Made by a program: the position numbers and the translations under genes
Shown: positions 30,738-39,126 of the stretch, in pieces
Layout of the letters: every line of letters starts with the position of its first letter
Position numbering within the stretch: position 1 is the first letter of the stretch
Assembly: GCA_039819665.1 (NCBI GenBank)
Contig: JBCBRM010000035.1
Span: 25,343-89,342, forward strand
DNA length: 64,000 bases
Direction of reading: 5' to 3'
DNA from: Bacteroidota bacterium
GTDB taxonomy: Bacteria; Bacteroidota; Bacteroidia; J057
The notes under the pieces: model-generated
Seen by the model: only the letters and a program-made list of their open reading frames with translations
The model's database searches: none
Told to the model about the DNA's origin: nothing

Positions 30738-31556
30738 TTATGGGGTTATGAGAGTATCAGAAGCCGTCGAATCTATAGAACTATAATCAATCGCTTTCAA
30801 TTCCCCAATCTTTGGAATAATCTGAATCAGGAAGCGTTGGTTTTTACTTTCATCCGTCTGATCTCTTCCTACCCCACTTTCCCCACTTCCAGAAATCATA
30901 ACTTCATAACGATCCTGATCAAAATTTATCCCTTCTGCATCCCACAGATTGTATAGAGACAATGCCCTTTCATAACTCAGCTCATAATTTCGAGTATAAT
31001 TATCCGCAGATGCCATACCTTCAATTACAAGTAGGTATTTGATATTATCATCTGGCTCGAGACCATCTACCAGACCTTTAAGAGCCTTACCTGCCTCGAT
31101 CAGCAATTCTCGATATTGTCCCTTGATATCGGACTTACCTTTATCAAACTGAACCTGGGAGCGCAAGACGTGGCGCTTGAACTCAGGTTGATAGACAAAG
31201 TATCTAGAATCAAGTTGCTCGATGGCCTTCTGAATCTCCTGCAATTTTTTATACTCAATCTCCATTACAAGGAGACGGGCTTTCTCATCATTGAGTTGCT
31301 GGATAAGGGTACTAGCAAACATTTCTTCATCGCTGAGGCGACGTTTCAATTCTTCCAAAGCAAGACTTTGTTTATCCAGTTCCAGGCTCCTTACCCGAAG
31401 TTCTTCTTCAGTCGTTACCAATGCGTCTTGCCGGTCCAGGAAGAGTTTGTAACTCAATACGAACAAGGCAAGCGAGATGATGAACATGGCGGTCATCAAG
31501 TCTGCATAGCTTACCCAAAAGAGGCGGCTACTGTCTTTTTTGGCTTTCTTGCTCAT
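30738..31556 (-). CDS. MotB/OmpA-like stator B-type subunit (N-terminal TM with conserved Asp, coiled coil, C-terminal OmpA-like peptidoglycan-binding domain)
   Basis: 272-aa ORF. MSKKAKKDSSRLFWVSYADLMTAMFIISLALFVL is a MotB/ExbD-style basic stretch plus TM with Asp. About 90 aa are heptad-rich (EELRVRSLELDKQSLALEELKRRL...). The OmpA-like end has LLVIEGMASADNYTRNYELSYERALSLYNLW. Overlaps the upstream gene by 4 nt. Confidence 0.7.
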   Translation of the reverse strand: MSKKAKKDSSRLFWVSYADLMTAMFIISLALFVLSYKLFLDRQDALVTTEEELRVRSLELDKQSLALEELKRRLSDEEMFASTLIQQLNDEKARLLVMEIEYKKLQEIQKAIEQLDSRYFVYQPEFKRHVLRSQVQFDKGKSDIKGQYRELLIEAGKALKGLVDGLEPDDNIKYLLVIEGMASADNYTRNYELSYERALSLYNLWDAEGINFDQDRYEVMISGSGESGVGRDQTDESKNQRFLIQIIPKIGELKAIDYSSIDSTASDTLITP

Positions 31557-32887
31557 CCGCCAAAGGTATTAAAGAGGTAAATCACTCCGCAACCGATGCC
31601 CGTAAGGAAGGCAGCTACGCCAGAATAGACAAAAAACTGGAAGGCACCAGAATTCATGAAGCTGCTGCTTTGGGCAGTAGCTACTGAACTCAATCTGCTA
31701 TCCAGGGTATTCATTTTATCGGTAAGCTCTATGACCGTATGACTTTCTTTCCCCAAATGCTCAAGCAAACGGGTGTTCACCTCAAGACTCTTATTTTGGA
31801 GCAATTCAATGTCTCCTCTGATCTTGCTGAGATCTTTATTCAAGGCTTCTGCAAATGCCTTATTATCCGTATTTCCAATAGAAGCCAGGTATTGATCCAT
31901 TTTTACATAAGCAGCCTGGGTGCTTCTCTCAAGCGCCTGAATATTTTCGCCCACTACTGTCTCCATCTTCCGATTTACCTGGCCGAAATGAGTTCCTAGT
32001 TTTTCGGAGAATTCTTCAGCCTTTTTCGAATAAGAATCAATGTAAGCGACTTGTCTTTCGATGAGAGAGTCATTTACCTGCAGGAAATTGCCCATTCCAT
32101 TGAGTCCCTGCTCGATGCTTCTAATTTGACCGAAAACACCTTTGAGTTCTTTGAATAATCTCAAAGTTTCCGTCAAAGAATCATTCATGTGAGATTGATA
32201 ACGGGCAAATCCATCGTTGAAGGCAGCCAGATTATCTCTCAAAGTATCTATGGGTTGTTCAGCATCTTTCTTAAGTGTTGGCAGAATCTGCGAACGTAGG
32301 AAGCTGAAATAGTCGTAGAGTCTTTCATCTCGTACCCTTTTGCTTTCTTTGAAACGGAGATTACTCAAAACCGTCAATCCTAATCCCACTGCACTACCAA
32401 TCATCCCGATTAAAACTCCGCCCACAAATGACTGAATAGCATCATTACTTACTCCTTCAATTGAGATTTTTATCAGACCAATGATAACCCCGGTGAAGGT
32501 ACAGAGGAGTCCTATATAAAGGGGTAGGGCTACATTGGATTCGATGCCCTCTTCTTTGGAGTAGGATTTATCTTCTGCCATATCCTTAAGGATATCAAAA
32601 TCTGCTGCTCCTTTATTGCGAGTCAGGTAGGCATTGGTATTCCGAAGAATATTTTGGAAGACTTGGCTAAAGCCAGGGTTTTCCTCAACCAGGTCAATGG
32701 TTCCACCAATGAGTGCACCATCTTCTCCTGTTTCGCTTACAGGGACATTTTTGCTTTTGAGAGCAGAGCCCTGAGGAAAAATAGAGGATAGGCCATTAAT
32801 AGCTGCTGAGTTTCGGAAAAATACAAAGAATTGGATGACAACAATGACTGCCACAATTCCCATTTCCACTAAAAATAAGGTATCCAT
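31553..32887 (-). CDS. MotA/ExbB/TolQ-like proton-channel subunit with long helical C-terminal extension and terminal TM helix
   Basis: 444-aa ORF. TM1 is MGIVAVIVVIQFFVFF. A TM pair has MotA_ExbB-like motifs (LPLYIGLLCTFTGVIIGL; GGVLIGMIGSAVGLGLTVLSN). About 240 aa of predicted helical/coiled-coil sequence follow, then a final TM FQFFVYSGVAAFLTGIGCGVIYLF. Confidence 0.65.
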   Translation of the reverse strand: MDTLFLVEMGIVAVIVVIQFFVFFRNSAAINGLSSIFPQGSALKSKNVPVSETGEDGALIGGTIDLVEENPGFSQVFQNILRNTNAYLTRNKGAADFDILKDMAEDKSYSKEEGIESNVALPLYIGLLCTFTGVIIGLIKISIEGVSNDAIQSFVGGVLIGMIGSAVGLGLTVLSNLRFKESKRVRDERLYDYFSFLRSQILPTLKKDAEQPIDTLRDNLAAFNDGFARYQSHMNDSLTETLRLFKELKGVFGQIRSIEQGLNGMGNFLQVNDSLIERQVAYIDSYSKKAEEFSEKLGTHFGQVNRKMETVVGENIQALERSTQAAYVKMDQYLASIGNTDNKAFAEALNKDLSKIRGDIELLQNKSLEVNTRLLEHLGKESHTVIELTDKMNTLDSRLSSVATAQSSSFMNSGAFQFFVYSGVAAFLTGIGCGVIYLFNTFGG

Positions 32888-33215
32888 AGGGTGTGAGATG
32901 TGTTGTTTAACGCGATTATGTTGTGATTAAACTGATGTCTATTCGATTACAAACATGTGAGGGGGGAAAGACATAATTACGAAAATATAGGCACAAAGTT
33001 GAAAAACAGCTCCATATTTGTCTATTATTTCGCCTTTAACCGCCTCAAACATTCCTCTAACAGGAATGCTCATCTTTTTCAATTGTACCAAAATCAGAAG
33101 TAAAAGGGAAATTATTCTCTCATGAATCCCCGGATGGAACCGGCTGACCTTGATCATCTGCCTAACAAATATTCTTTTGTATATTCCCTAAGGATTTAAA
33201 AACACATAAAAAACT

Positions 33216-34841
33216 ATGCTACGCTTCTTTCCTTTGAGAACTAAGCTTTCTCGCTTTTCTATCCCTCATTTTCTCCTGTCCATTTTGATCTGCGGCCTAT
33301 ACATTTTGCCCATATCAGCCCAACATCATTCTATGGGACCTGATTTGGATAAAGAAATGGATCTTCGAGAAGAGGCTTTGGGCACTTTTTCTATGGAAAT
33401 TTCTTCCAAAACTGATCAGGTTCAGGCCTGGTTTGATCAGGGCATCCAATTGAAATATGCTTTTGCTGTGGACGATGCTGCAAGATCCTTTCGAGAAGCC
33501 TGGAAAAGAGATACAACCTGTGCCATTTGTTATTGGGGCGAAGCCTGGGCATGGGGGGCTTACTTAAATGGAAAGCTTTCGAAGAAAAAAGCCCCACTGG
33601 CATTAGAGGCTATTCAAAAAGCAGAAAAATATGCAAAGAAATATGCCAGCCCGGTAGAGAAAGCCCTGATAAAAGCCCTGAAGGTTCGCTATATAGAAGA
33701 TTTCGATCCCGAGACAGCACCGATCCAGGACACTGCCTATGCAATGGCCATGAAGAAGGTGTATGAAAAGTTCCCATTCGATCTGGACGTGGCAACCATT
33801 TATGCCGAAGCCTTATTTATTCTCGAACCTCGTCGAGGCACACGTGATGTCAACGATCCTGATGTCATGCGGATTCATAAGGTCCTGGAAAAAGTATTGG
33901 AAATAGACATTCAGCATCCGGGCGCTTGCCATTTATACATACATGCAACCGAATCCACCCAGAATCCTGAAAAAGCTTTGCCTTGTGTAGAATATATGGG
34001 AGATGTAATACCGGGAGCGAGCCACCTGAATCATATGCCTTCGCATACCTATAATGAACTGGGCATGTGGCCGGAAGCAGTCAAAGCCAATTTACAAGCC
34101 TGGCATACCGATCAAAAAGGCAAAGAGGGTAAGGCCTTTGCCATTTACCCCAGCCACAACCTACACATGCTCCTCTTTGCAGCCAGTTATGATGGGCAGG
34201 GAGCAGTCGCTATTCAGGCAGCCAAAGATTTCGCAAAAATAACTGGAGTCAATATGTACCATGCGCTTACCCTCATGCGTTTTGGTCGCTTTGATGAGGT
34301 ATTGAAATTGGGAAATCGTCCGGATGGAATCTTCCCGGGAGCAGGCTGGGATTTTGCCATGGGATATGCACACCTGAAAGAGGGAGAATCTGATTTTGCT
34401 CAGGTGTATTTACAAAGGGTAAAAGCGGTAGCCGATACAACCGAAGCGATCTTTAGGGATCACAAGGTCAGCCACATTTTGAAAATTGCTGCTGGAATAC
34501 TTGAAGGAGAAATTGCCTGGCAGGCTGGAAATAAAGAGTCGGCCAAAGCCCTATTTGAGCAAGCTGTGGTTCAAGAAGACTCCCTTCGATGGGATGAGCC
34601 AGAGCCTATGCCTTTTGATTCTCGTCATTGGCTGGGTGCACTTCTCATGGATATGGAAGATTTTGAAGGGGCTGAAAAGGTATATCGAACAGAACTGGAG
34701 GATCATCCGAACAATGGCTGGTCACTCTTTGGTTTGATGGAAGCCCTCAAAGCACAGGGAAAGGATAGCAAAGAAGCCAAGAAAGAATTTGAAAAGCGAT
34801 GGGCCAGATCGGATATCTGGTTGAAGGCCTCGCGCTTTTAA
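33216..34841 (+). CDS. exported TPR-like helical-repeat protein, function unknown
   Basis: 541-aa ORF with hydrophobic N-terminal signal/anchor FLLSILICGLYILPISAQ and helical repeat character (e.g. DFEGAEKVYRTELEDHPNNGWSLFGLMEALKAQGKDSKEA). Confidence 0.6.
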   Translation: MLRFFPLRTKLSRFSIPHFLLSILICGLYILPISAQHHSMGPDLDKEMDLREEALGTFSMEISSKTDQVQAWFDQGIQLKYAFAVDDAARSFREAWKRDTTCAICYWGEAWAWGAYLNGKLSKKKAPLALEAIQKAEKYAKKYASPVEKALIKALKVRYIEDFDPETAPIQDTAYAMAMKKVYEKFPFDLDVATIYAEALFILEPRRGTRDVNDPDVMRIHKVLEKVLEIDIQHPGACHLYIHATESTQNPEKALPCVEYMGDVIPGASHLNHMPSHTYNELGMWPEAVKANLQAWHTDQKGKEGKAFAIYPSHNLHMLLFAASYDGQGAVAIQAAKDFAKITGVNMYHALTLMRFGRFDEVLKLGNRPDGIFPGAGWDFAMGYAHLKEGESDFAQVYLQRVKAVADTTEAIFRDHKVSHILKIAAGILEGEIAWQAGNKESAKALFEQAVVQEDSLRWDEPEPMPFDSRHWLGALLMDMEDFEGAEKVYRTELEDHPNNGWSLFGLMEALKAQGKDSKEAKKEFEKRWARSDIWLKASRF

Positions 34842-34988
34842 CCAAATTTTCTAAAGGACTTTGCGGCTTTCATCAATAAAATGTGATCTCATAAGCTAGA
34901 GAATTCAAAATTTTCAGCATATCAAAGGAATTTTCATGCTTTATCCCCAAATTGTTCGTTATACCTATGAACAGACACAAATACCTGC

Positions 34989-36977
34989 ATGACTGATTTG
35001 CTCAAGAAAATAGGAAAGCACTGCTCCATTTTCCTTTGCTTCTACTTCTTATTTGGTATGGCCTATACCCAAAACAAGCTCCGCTATTATCACCGCTATT
35101 ATTTGAGTGGCTCCTGTACGGAAGCCGAACTTGAAGAATGGCTGTCTGAGCTGGATTCGTGGTCACCATTTCCCAAGTATGAAAATAGAGAGGCATGGAA
35201 GAGTCTCAATGATAGCATAAAAACGCATCTCAACGAAGCCGGAGCAAACCGAGTTGATTACCTTTGGCCTTCCATTCCTGCTCAAACTTATCTGGATTAC
35301 ATACGGGAAGGTGACCGAAATAGCTATCAGGAAATTTCCTATGAGCGGAGGCATGCCCTGATGGATTTGGTACTGGCAGAAATGGTAGCTGGTGAAGGAA
35401 AACATCTCGATCAAATCACCAATGGCATTTGGAGTATATGTGAGGAATCCTTTTGGGGAGTTCCCGCACATTTATTTATGCAAAAAGCAGGAACTGATCT
35501 TGCGGATGTAGCAGATCCGGTTGTTGATCTTTTTGCTGCCGAAACTGCGGCTTTATTAGCCTGGACAGATTATTTGCTGGGACCTGAGCTGGACTCCATT
35601 TCTCCTATGATCAGGAAGAGAATGAGGCTTGAAACGGATCGCCGAATTCTCACGCCTTTACTAGAGGTCGATGATTACTGGTGGATGGGTTTTGCGCCTA
35701 AAGACAATTACCTCAATAATTGGAATCCCTGGATCAACAGCAATTGGATAACGGCCTTGCTTGTATTTGAGGAAGATGAATATCGACGGGCGAAAGCTTT
35801 GCATAAATCGCTCCGATCCCTGGATGAATTCTTAAATGAATATGCGGAGGATGGGGGTTGTGATGAGGGACCTAATTACTGGAGTAGGGCAGGGGCATCA
35901 CTTTTCGATTGTCTGGAACTTTTATATACCTCAAGCGGAGGAAAGCTTGACATTTATCAAAAGCCTGTGCTTCGGGAGATGGCTCGATATATCTATCGAG
36001 CACATATAGCAGGGCCCTATTATATCAATTTTGCAGATACACACGGTAAAATCACAGTCAATTCGGAGCTTATTTATCGATTTGGAAAACGGATACAGGA
36101 TGAGGATATGATGGCTTTTGCTGCTTACACCTATCAATTGCAGAGAAGCTTTACGAAAGGATCTATTGGACGAAAATTACACGAGATCTTCAATTTTGAG
36201 GAATTGGCAACAGCAAAAGCCAAGCCTGTTTATCTACAAGATGTTTGGTTACCGGAAACGGAGGTAATGTTGGCTCGTTCAGAAGGAGGAAGCTCCCGTG
36301 GGTTTTTTCTGGGGGCTATGGGAGCCCACAATGACCAAAGCCATAATCACAATGATGTAGGTAGCTTTATCATTTATCTGGACGGAAAGCCGGCTATTAT
36401 TGATTTGGGAGTGGAAACTTATCGAAAGCAAACCTTCTCGAAGGACCGCTATAAAATATGGACCATGCAATCAGGATTCCATAATCTTCCGACTATTGGA
36501 GGCGTGATGCAGGAGTGGGGATTGAAACGAAGAGCAAGCAATGTAGTATATAGTCAGGAAGATAGCCTGGTAGAGCTTTCTATGAATATAGAAGAGGCTT
36601 ATCCTGATTCTGCAGGCCTTAAAAGCTGGTATCGCTCCTTCAAGTTTGATCGAAATGCGGAGACCATTCAGTTGGCAGAATCCTATGAATTGGAAAAAAA
36701 AGGGCCAGATATTATGCTCAGCTTTATGAGTCCGGGTCCTGTTCGTGTTGAGGAGTCATACATTACTATCTACCCTGGCGGGGATTTTTATGCGCCCCGA
36801 AAATTGAAAATGTCCTTTGATCCGAAAAAATTTGAGGCGGTAGAAGAGAAAATTGAAGTAAAGGATCCCCGACTCAAAAGCATCTGGGGCGATTCTGTTA
36901 TACGAATCTTACTCAAACTAAAGCGTCCCAAAACGAAAGATGCATTCTCTTTTAATTTTAGTATATCCGAAACCTAA
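34989..36977 (+). CDS. heparinase II/III-family protein (polysaccharide lyase-like)
   Basis: 662-aa ORF with signal-like N-terminus. An alpha/alpha toroid-like N-half is followed by the characteristic HNHNDVGSFIIYLDGKPAIIDLG of the heparinase II/III C-terminal domain. Confidence 0.75.
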   Translation: MTDLLKKIGKHCSIFLCFYFLFGMAYTQNKLRYYHRYYLSGSCTEAELEEWLSELDSWSPFPKYENREAWKSLNDSIKTHLNEAGANRVDYLWPSIPAQTYLDYIREGDRNSYQEISYERRHALMDLVLAEMVAGEGKHLDQITNGIWSICEESFWGVPAHLFMQKAGTDLADVADPVVDLFAAETAALLAWTDYLLGPELDSISPMIRKRMRLETDRRILTPLLEVDDYWWMGFAPKDNYLNNWNPWINSNWITALLVFEEDEYRRAKALHKSLRSLDEFLNEYAEDGGCDEGPNYWSRAGASLFDCLELLYTSSGGKLDIYQKPVLREMARYIYRAHIAGPYYINFADTHGKITVNSELIYRFGKRIQDEDMMAFAAYTYQLQRSFTKGSIGRKLHEIFNFEELATAKAKPVYLQDVWLPETEVMLARSEGGSSRGFFLGAMGAHNDQSHNHNDVGSFIIYLDGKPAIIDLGVETYRKQTFSKDRYKIWTMQSGFHNLPTIGGVMQEWGLKRRASNVVYSQEDSLVELSMNIEEAYPDSAGLKSWYRSFKFDRNAETIQLAESYELEKKGPDIMLSFMSPGPVRVEESYITIYPGGDFYAPRKLKMSFDPKKFEAVEEKIEVKDPRLKSIWGDSVIRILLKLKRPKTKDAFSFNFSISET

Positions 36978-36990
36978 TAATAGAATATTC

Positions 36991-37161
36991 ATGCAAGAAG
37001 TCATCCCCCCTGAGATTTACAAAGAAATTGAAGCCATGATCTACAGTGAAAAAAGTGTGGTTGGTATAGATGCCAAACATACTCACATACTGATCCTGTA
37101 CAAACTTATGGAAATTGAGAAGCGGCTAGATAAATTGGAAAAGGCGCAGGAGCAAGGATAG
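36991..37161 (+). CDS. small hypothetical protein (56 aa)
   Basis: The ORF-track entry 36940..37161 overlaps the heparinase stop. The internal ATG at 36991 gives MQEVIPPEIYKEIEAMIYSEKSVVGIDAKHTHILILYKLMEIEKRLDKLEKAQEQG. No family recognised. Confidence 0.35.
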   Translation: MQEVIPPEIYKEIEAMIYSEKSVVGIDAKHTHILILYKLMEIEKRLDKLEKAQEQG

Positions 37162-37244
37162 GCTGCCAATAAATTCATTCGTAAGCGCTGATTGATGTCA
37201 GCTACATCATAATCTAAGCAACTTGCTCTTCTTATAGGTGGTGA

Positions 37245-38528
37245 TCACGATGCGTCCCCTGCGAGATCCCGCATATTGACCAGCTGTTGTATAGCCGTCT
37301 CAGCAGCTCCATGCACCGTTTGATGATGCCCATTGAGATTCATGGCTTCCCCTGCGAAAAATATTTTCCCATCTATGGGTTGAGCAGCTATTTCCCGCGC
37401 ATTCCCGATCCCCACTTTACTAAAAGAATAGGAACCACGAATGTAAGGATGCTTGCCCCAATCTACCACATAGGCATCCAGAAAATAGGTACTGGCCTGT
37501 CCGCTATATATTTCGTCTAACTCTCCCAATAAAGCTTCGATAATCTTCTGATCTGATCCCAGTGAACTCAAATGTGCTGCCTGTTTTCCCATTACAAAAG
37601 CAAGCAGAACATGATCTTCCCCTTTTTTGACCCAACTCTCATCCGCATAAGCGGCACAAATCTTTCCACCTGCCACATAGCCATCGTAAAATTTCTGGCC
37701 GAATTTCAAAAAGACCTTCATACCCGGCCCCATTCCTATTTTGTGGAAGGCCTCTGTTTTTCTTTGGGGAAGGGAAGGGTTAAATATGATGTCTCCATCC
37801 TGTAAAACTGTAATAGGAACAGTCAGGATCAGCTTATCAGCAATATAAATCTGCCCATTTTGGTCTTCTACCTGAATTTGGTCCTTGCTATAATCTATTA
37901 TCTTTACAACTGTATTTAGCTGAATGGAATTCTGAATTTCAGGGGTGATATACTTTTCAAAGAGGTCGAAATAGGTCTCTCGAAATTTGTAATCCTTAAA
38001 CCCTGCGCTAAAGGCCTCCTCTTCCTTTATGGTCCACTTGGCTGATAATTCCAGAGAATCCGCCCCATAATCTCCGGCTAGCTGTTCTACAATATATTTG
38101 TATTCCTCTCCATAGCCTTTGGATAGAGCAAAATCCCAAAAGGAGACATCAGGAAGGTTTTCATCCTCCTCCATCTCATCTTCCAAATGTCGAGGGAGTT
38201 TCTTTTTGAGTTTTCCCTTAAACCAATAGTATTCTTTGGATTTATCCCGCTTGATCTTTGTGCCAGTCTCTTTCACCAGTTCCCCCATGATCGACTTTTT
38301 CCCATGCAACCATTCCGCACCACTATCCAATGGAAAGTCAGCAAAGCCTTCTATTTTCCCCAGACGTCCTCCTACTTTATCAGAGGCTTCCAGAATTTGA
38401 AAATCGATTCCCTCAGCCTTTAATAGATATCCAGCATACAAACCGGTAGCTCCTGCTCCAACTATCAAGACCCTCTTATTAAAAGCTTGCTCTTTGAATA
38501 TCATAGCAGATCCAGCCTTATCAGACAT
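37245..38528 (-). CDS. flavin-containing amine oxidase family (NAD(P)/FAD-dependent oxidoreductase)
   Basis: 427-aa ORF. Dinucleotide fold VLIVGAGATGLYAGYLLKAEGIDFQILEASDKVGGR. C-terminal FFAGEA...HGAAETA is typical of amine oxidases. Confidence 0.85.
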   Translation of the reverse strand: MSDKAGSAMIFKEQAFNKRVLIVGAGATGLYAGYLLKAEGIDFQILEASDKVGGRLGKIEGFADFPLDSGAEWLHGKKSIMGELVKETGTKIKRDKSKEYYWFKGKLKKKLPRHLEDEMEEDENLPDVSFWDFALSKGYGEEYKYIVEQLAGDYGADSLELSAKWTIKEEEAFSAGFKDYKFRETYFDLFEKYITPEIQNSIQLNTVVKIIDYSKDQIQVEDQNGQIYIADKLILTVPITVLQDGDIIFNPSLPQRKTEAFHKIGMGPGMKVFLKFGQKFYDGYVAGGKICAAYADESWVKKGEDHVLLAFVMGKQAAHLSSLGSDQKIIEALLGELDEIYSGQASTYFLDAYVVDWGKHPYIRGSYSFSKVGIGNAREIAAQPIDGKIFFAGEAMNLNGHHQTVHGAAETAIQQLVNMRDLAGDAS

Positions 38529-38530
38529 AG

Positions 38531-39094
38531 TTAGTTAAACATCATGAAGAAATAGTAGAAAAAAAGAATGATCCAACCGATTAGAACTCCTCGATAAATC
38601 AAATTGGTTCCGGTAGAATGATTGATCTTTAAATCAAGCTTAGCTTTGCGAAAACTAGTCGGACGGCCTTTAAATATAGCAGTATCTATCCCTAATTCTT
38701 CTTCGATCTTCCTGCCTCTGCTTATCAGGTCATTGTATAATTCGTCATTCCTTTTGTCATAAATTCTAATCCCGTAGATGATAAAGAATCCAATGATACT
38801 TACCACTGTGCCAGCCAGCCCCTTGGGCAAGTTTTTTCCTGTCAAACTGGTAAGGATTTCCATCCAGGCAAAAATTGAAGCCAGCGGCACCAGGCCCAAG
38901 AGTTTGAAGCGGGTATCCGCCAAATGTCGATAATTGGAATTTACTTCTTGATAGATCAAAGATAATTTTCCTTCATCCGAAGAAAGATCTGTTTTAATGG
39001 AGAGGGTATCTAAAATTGTGGAATCATAATGACGGTTTTCCCTTGCTTTTTCTAATTCATTAGCTAAATCCTGTGGTTCATTCTTTTCGTTCAT
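38531..39094 (-). CDS. small integral membrane protein, unknown function
   Basis: 187-aa ORF. A charged N-terminal region of about 60 aa is followed by three hydrophobic helices (LLGLVPLASIFAWMEIL; GTVVSIIGFFIIYGIRIY; VLIGWIILFFYYFFMMF). There is a 2-nt gap to the amine oxidase gene. Confidence 0.6.
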   Translation of the reverse strand: MNEKNEPQDLANELEKARENRHYDSTILDTLSIKTDLSSDEGKLSLIYQEVNSNYRHLADTRFKLLGLVPLASIFAWMEILTSLTGKNLPKGLAGTVVSIIGFFIIYGIRIYDKRNDELYNDLISRGRKIEEELGIDTAIFKGRPTSFRKAKLDLKINHSTGTNLIYRGVLIGWIILFFYYFFMMFN

Positions 39095-39126
39095 GGTTTA
39101 TCTTTAAGGTGTGCGTTTAGGTTAAA

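Noticed and set aside
31116-31580. 154-aa plus-strand ORF antisense to the MotB-like gene. The same applies to similar antisense ORFs inside long genes: 15355..15753, 39817..40218, 46812..47204, 50698..51126, 12854..13117, 61120..61437, 19786..20187, 23411..23761.
   Set aside because: All lie wholly within longer ORFs that carry clear family motifs on the opposite strand. They have biased, low-complexity compositions typical of shadow frames.
30738-32887. Calling the MotA/MotB-like pair a bona fide Zorya defence system or a flagellar/gliding stator
   Set aside because: No ZorC/D/E/F/G-like, flagellar, TonB/ExbD, Tol-Pal or GldLM genes are adjacent. A strong terminator follows the second gene, and the next gene is a secreted alpha/beta hydrolase. 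Only the general 5:2-motor-like architecture is supportable by eye.
32939-33157. 72-aa minus-strand ORF just upstream of the MotA-like gene as a possible third component
   Set aside because: It occupies the divergent promoter region shared with 33216..34841 and has no motif. Its hydrophobic, low-complexity composition is consistent with AT-rich non-coding DNA. It cannot be supported without conservation data.
38531-39094. Calling the 187-aa membrane protein a SLATT-type pore-forming effector (conflict system)
   Set aside because: Only the general layout (charged N-terminus plus TM helices plus a helical segment) is similar. No nucleotide-signalling or defence genes are nearby, and I cannot verify family motifs by eye.
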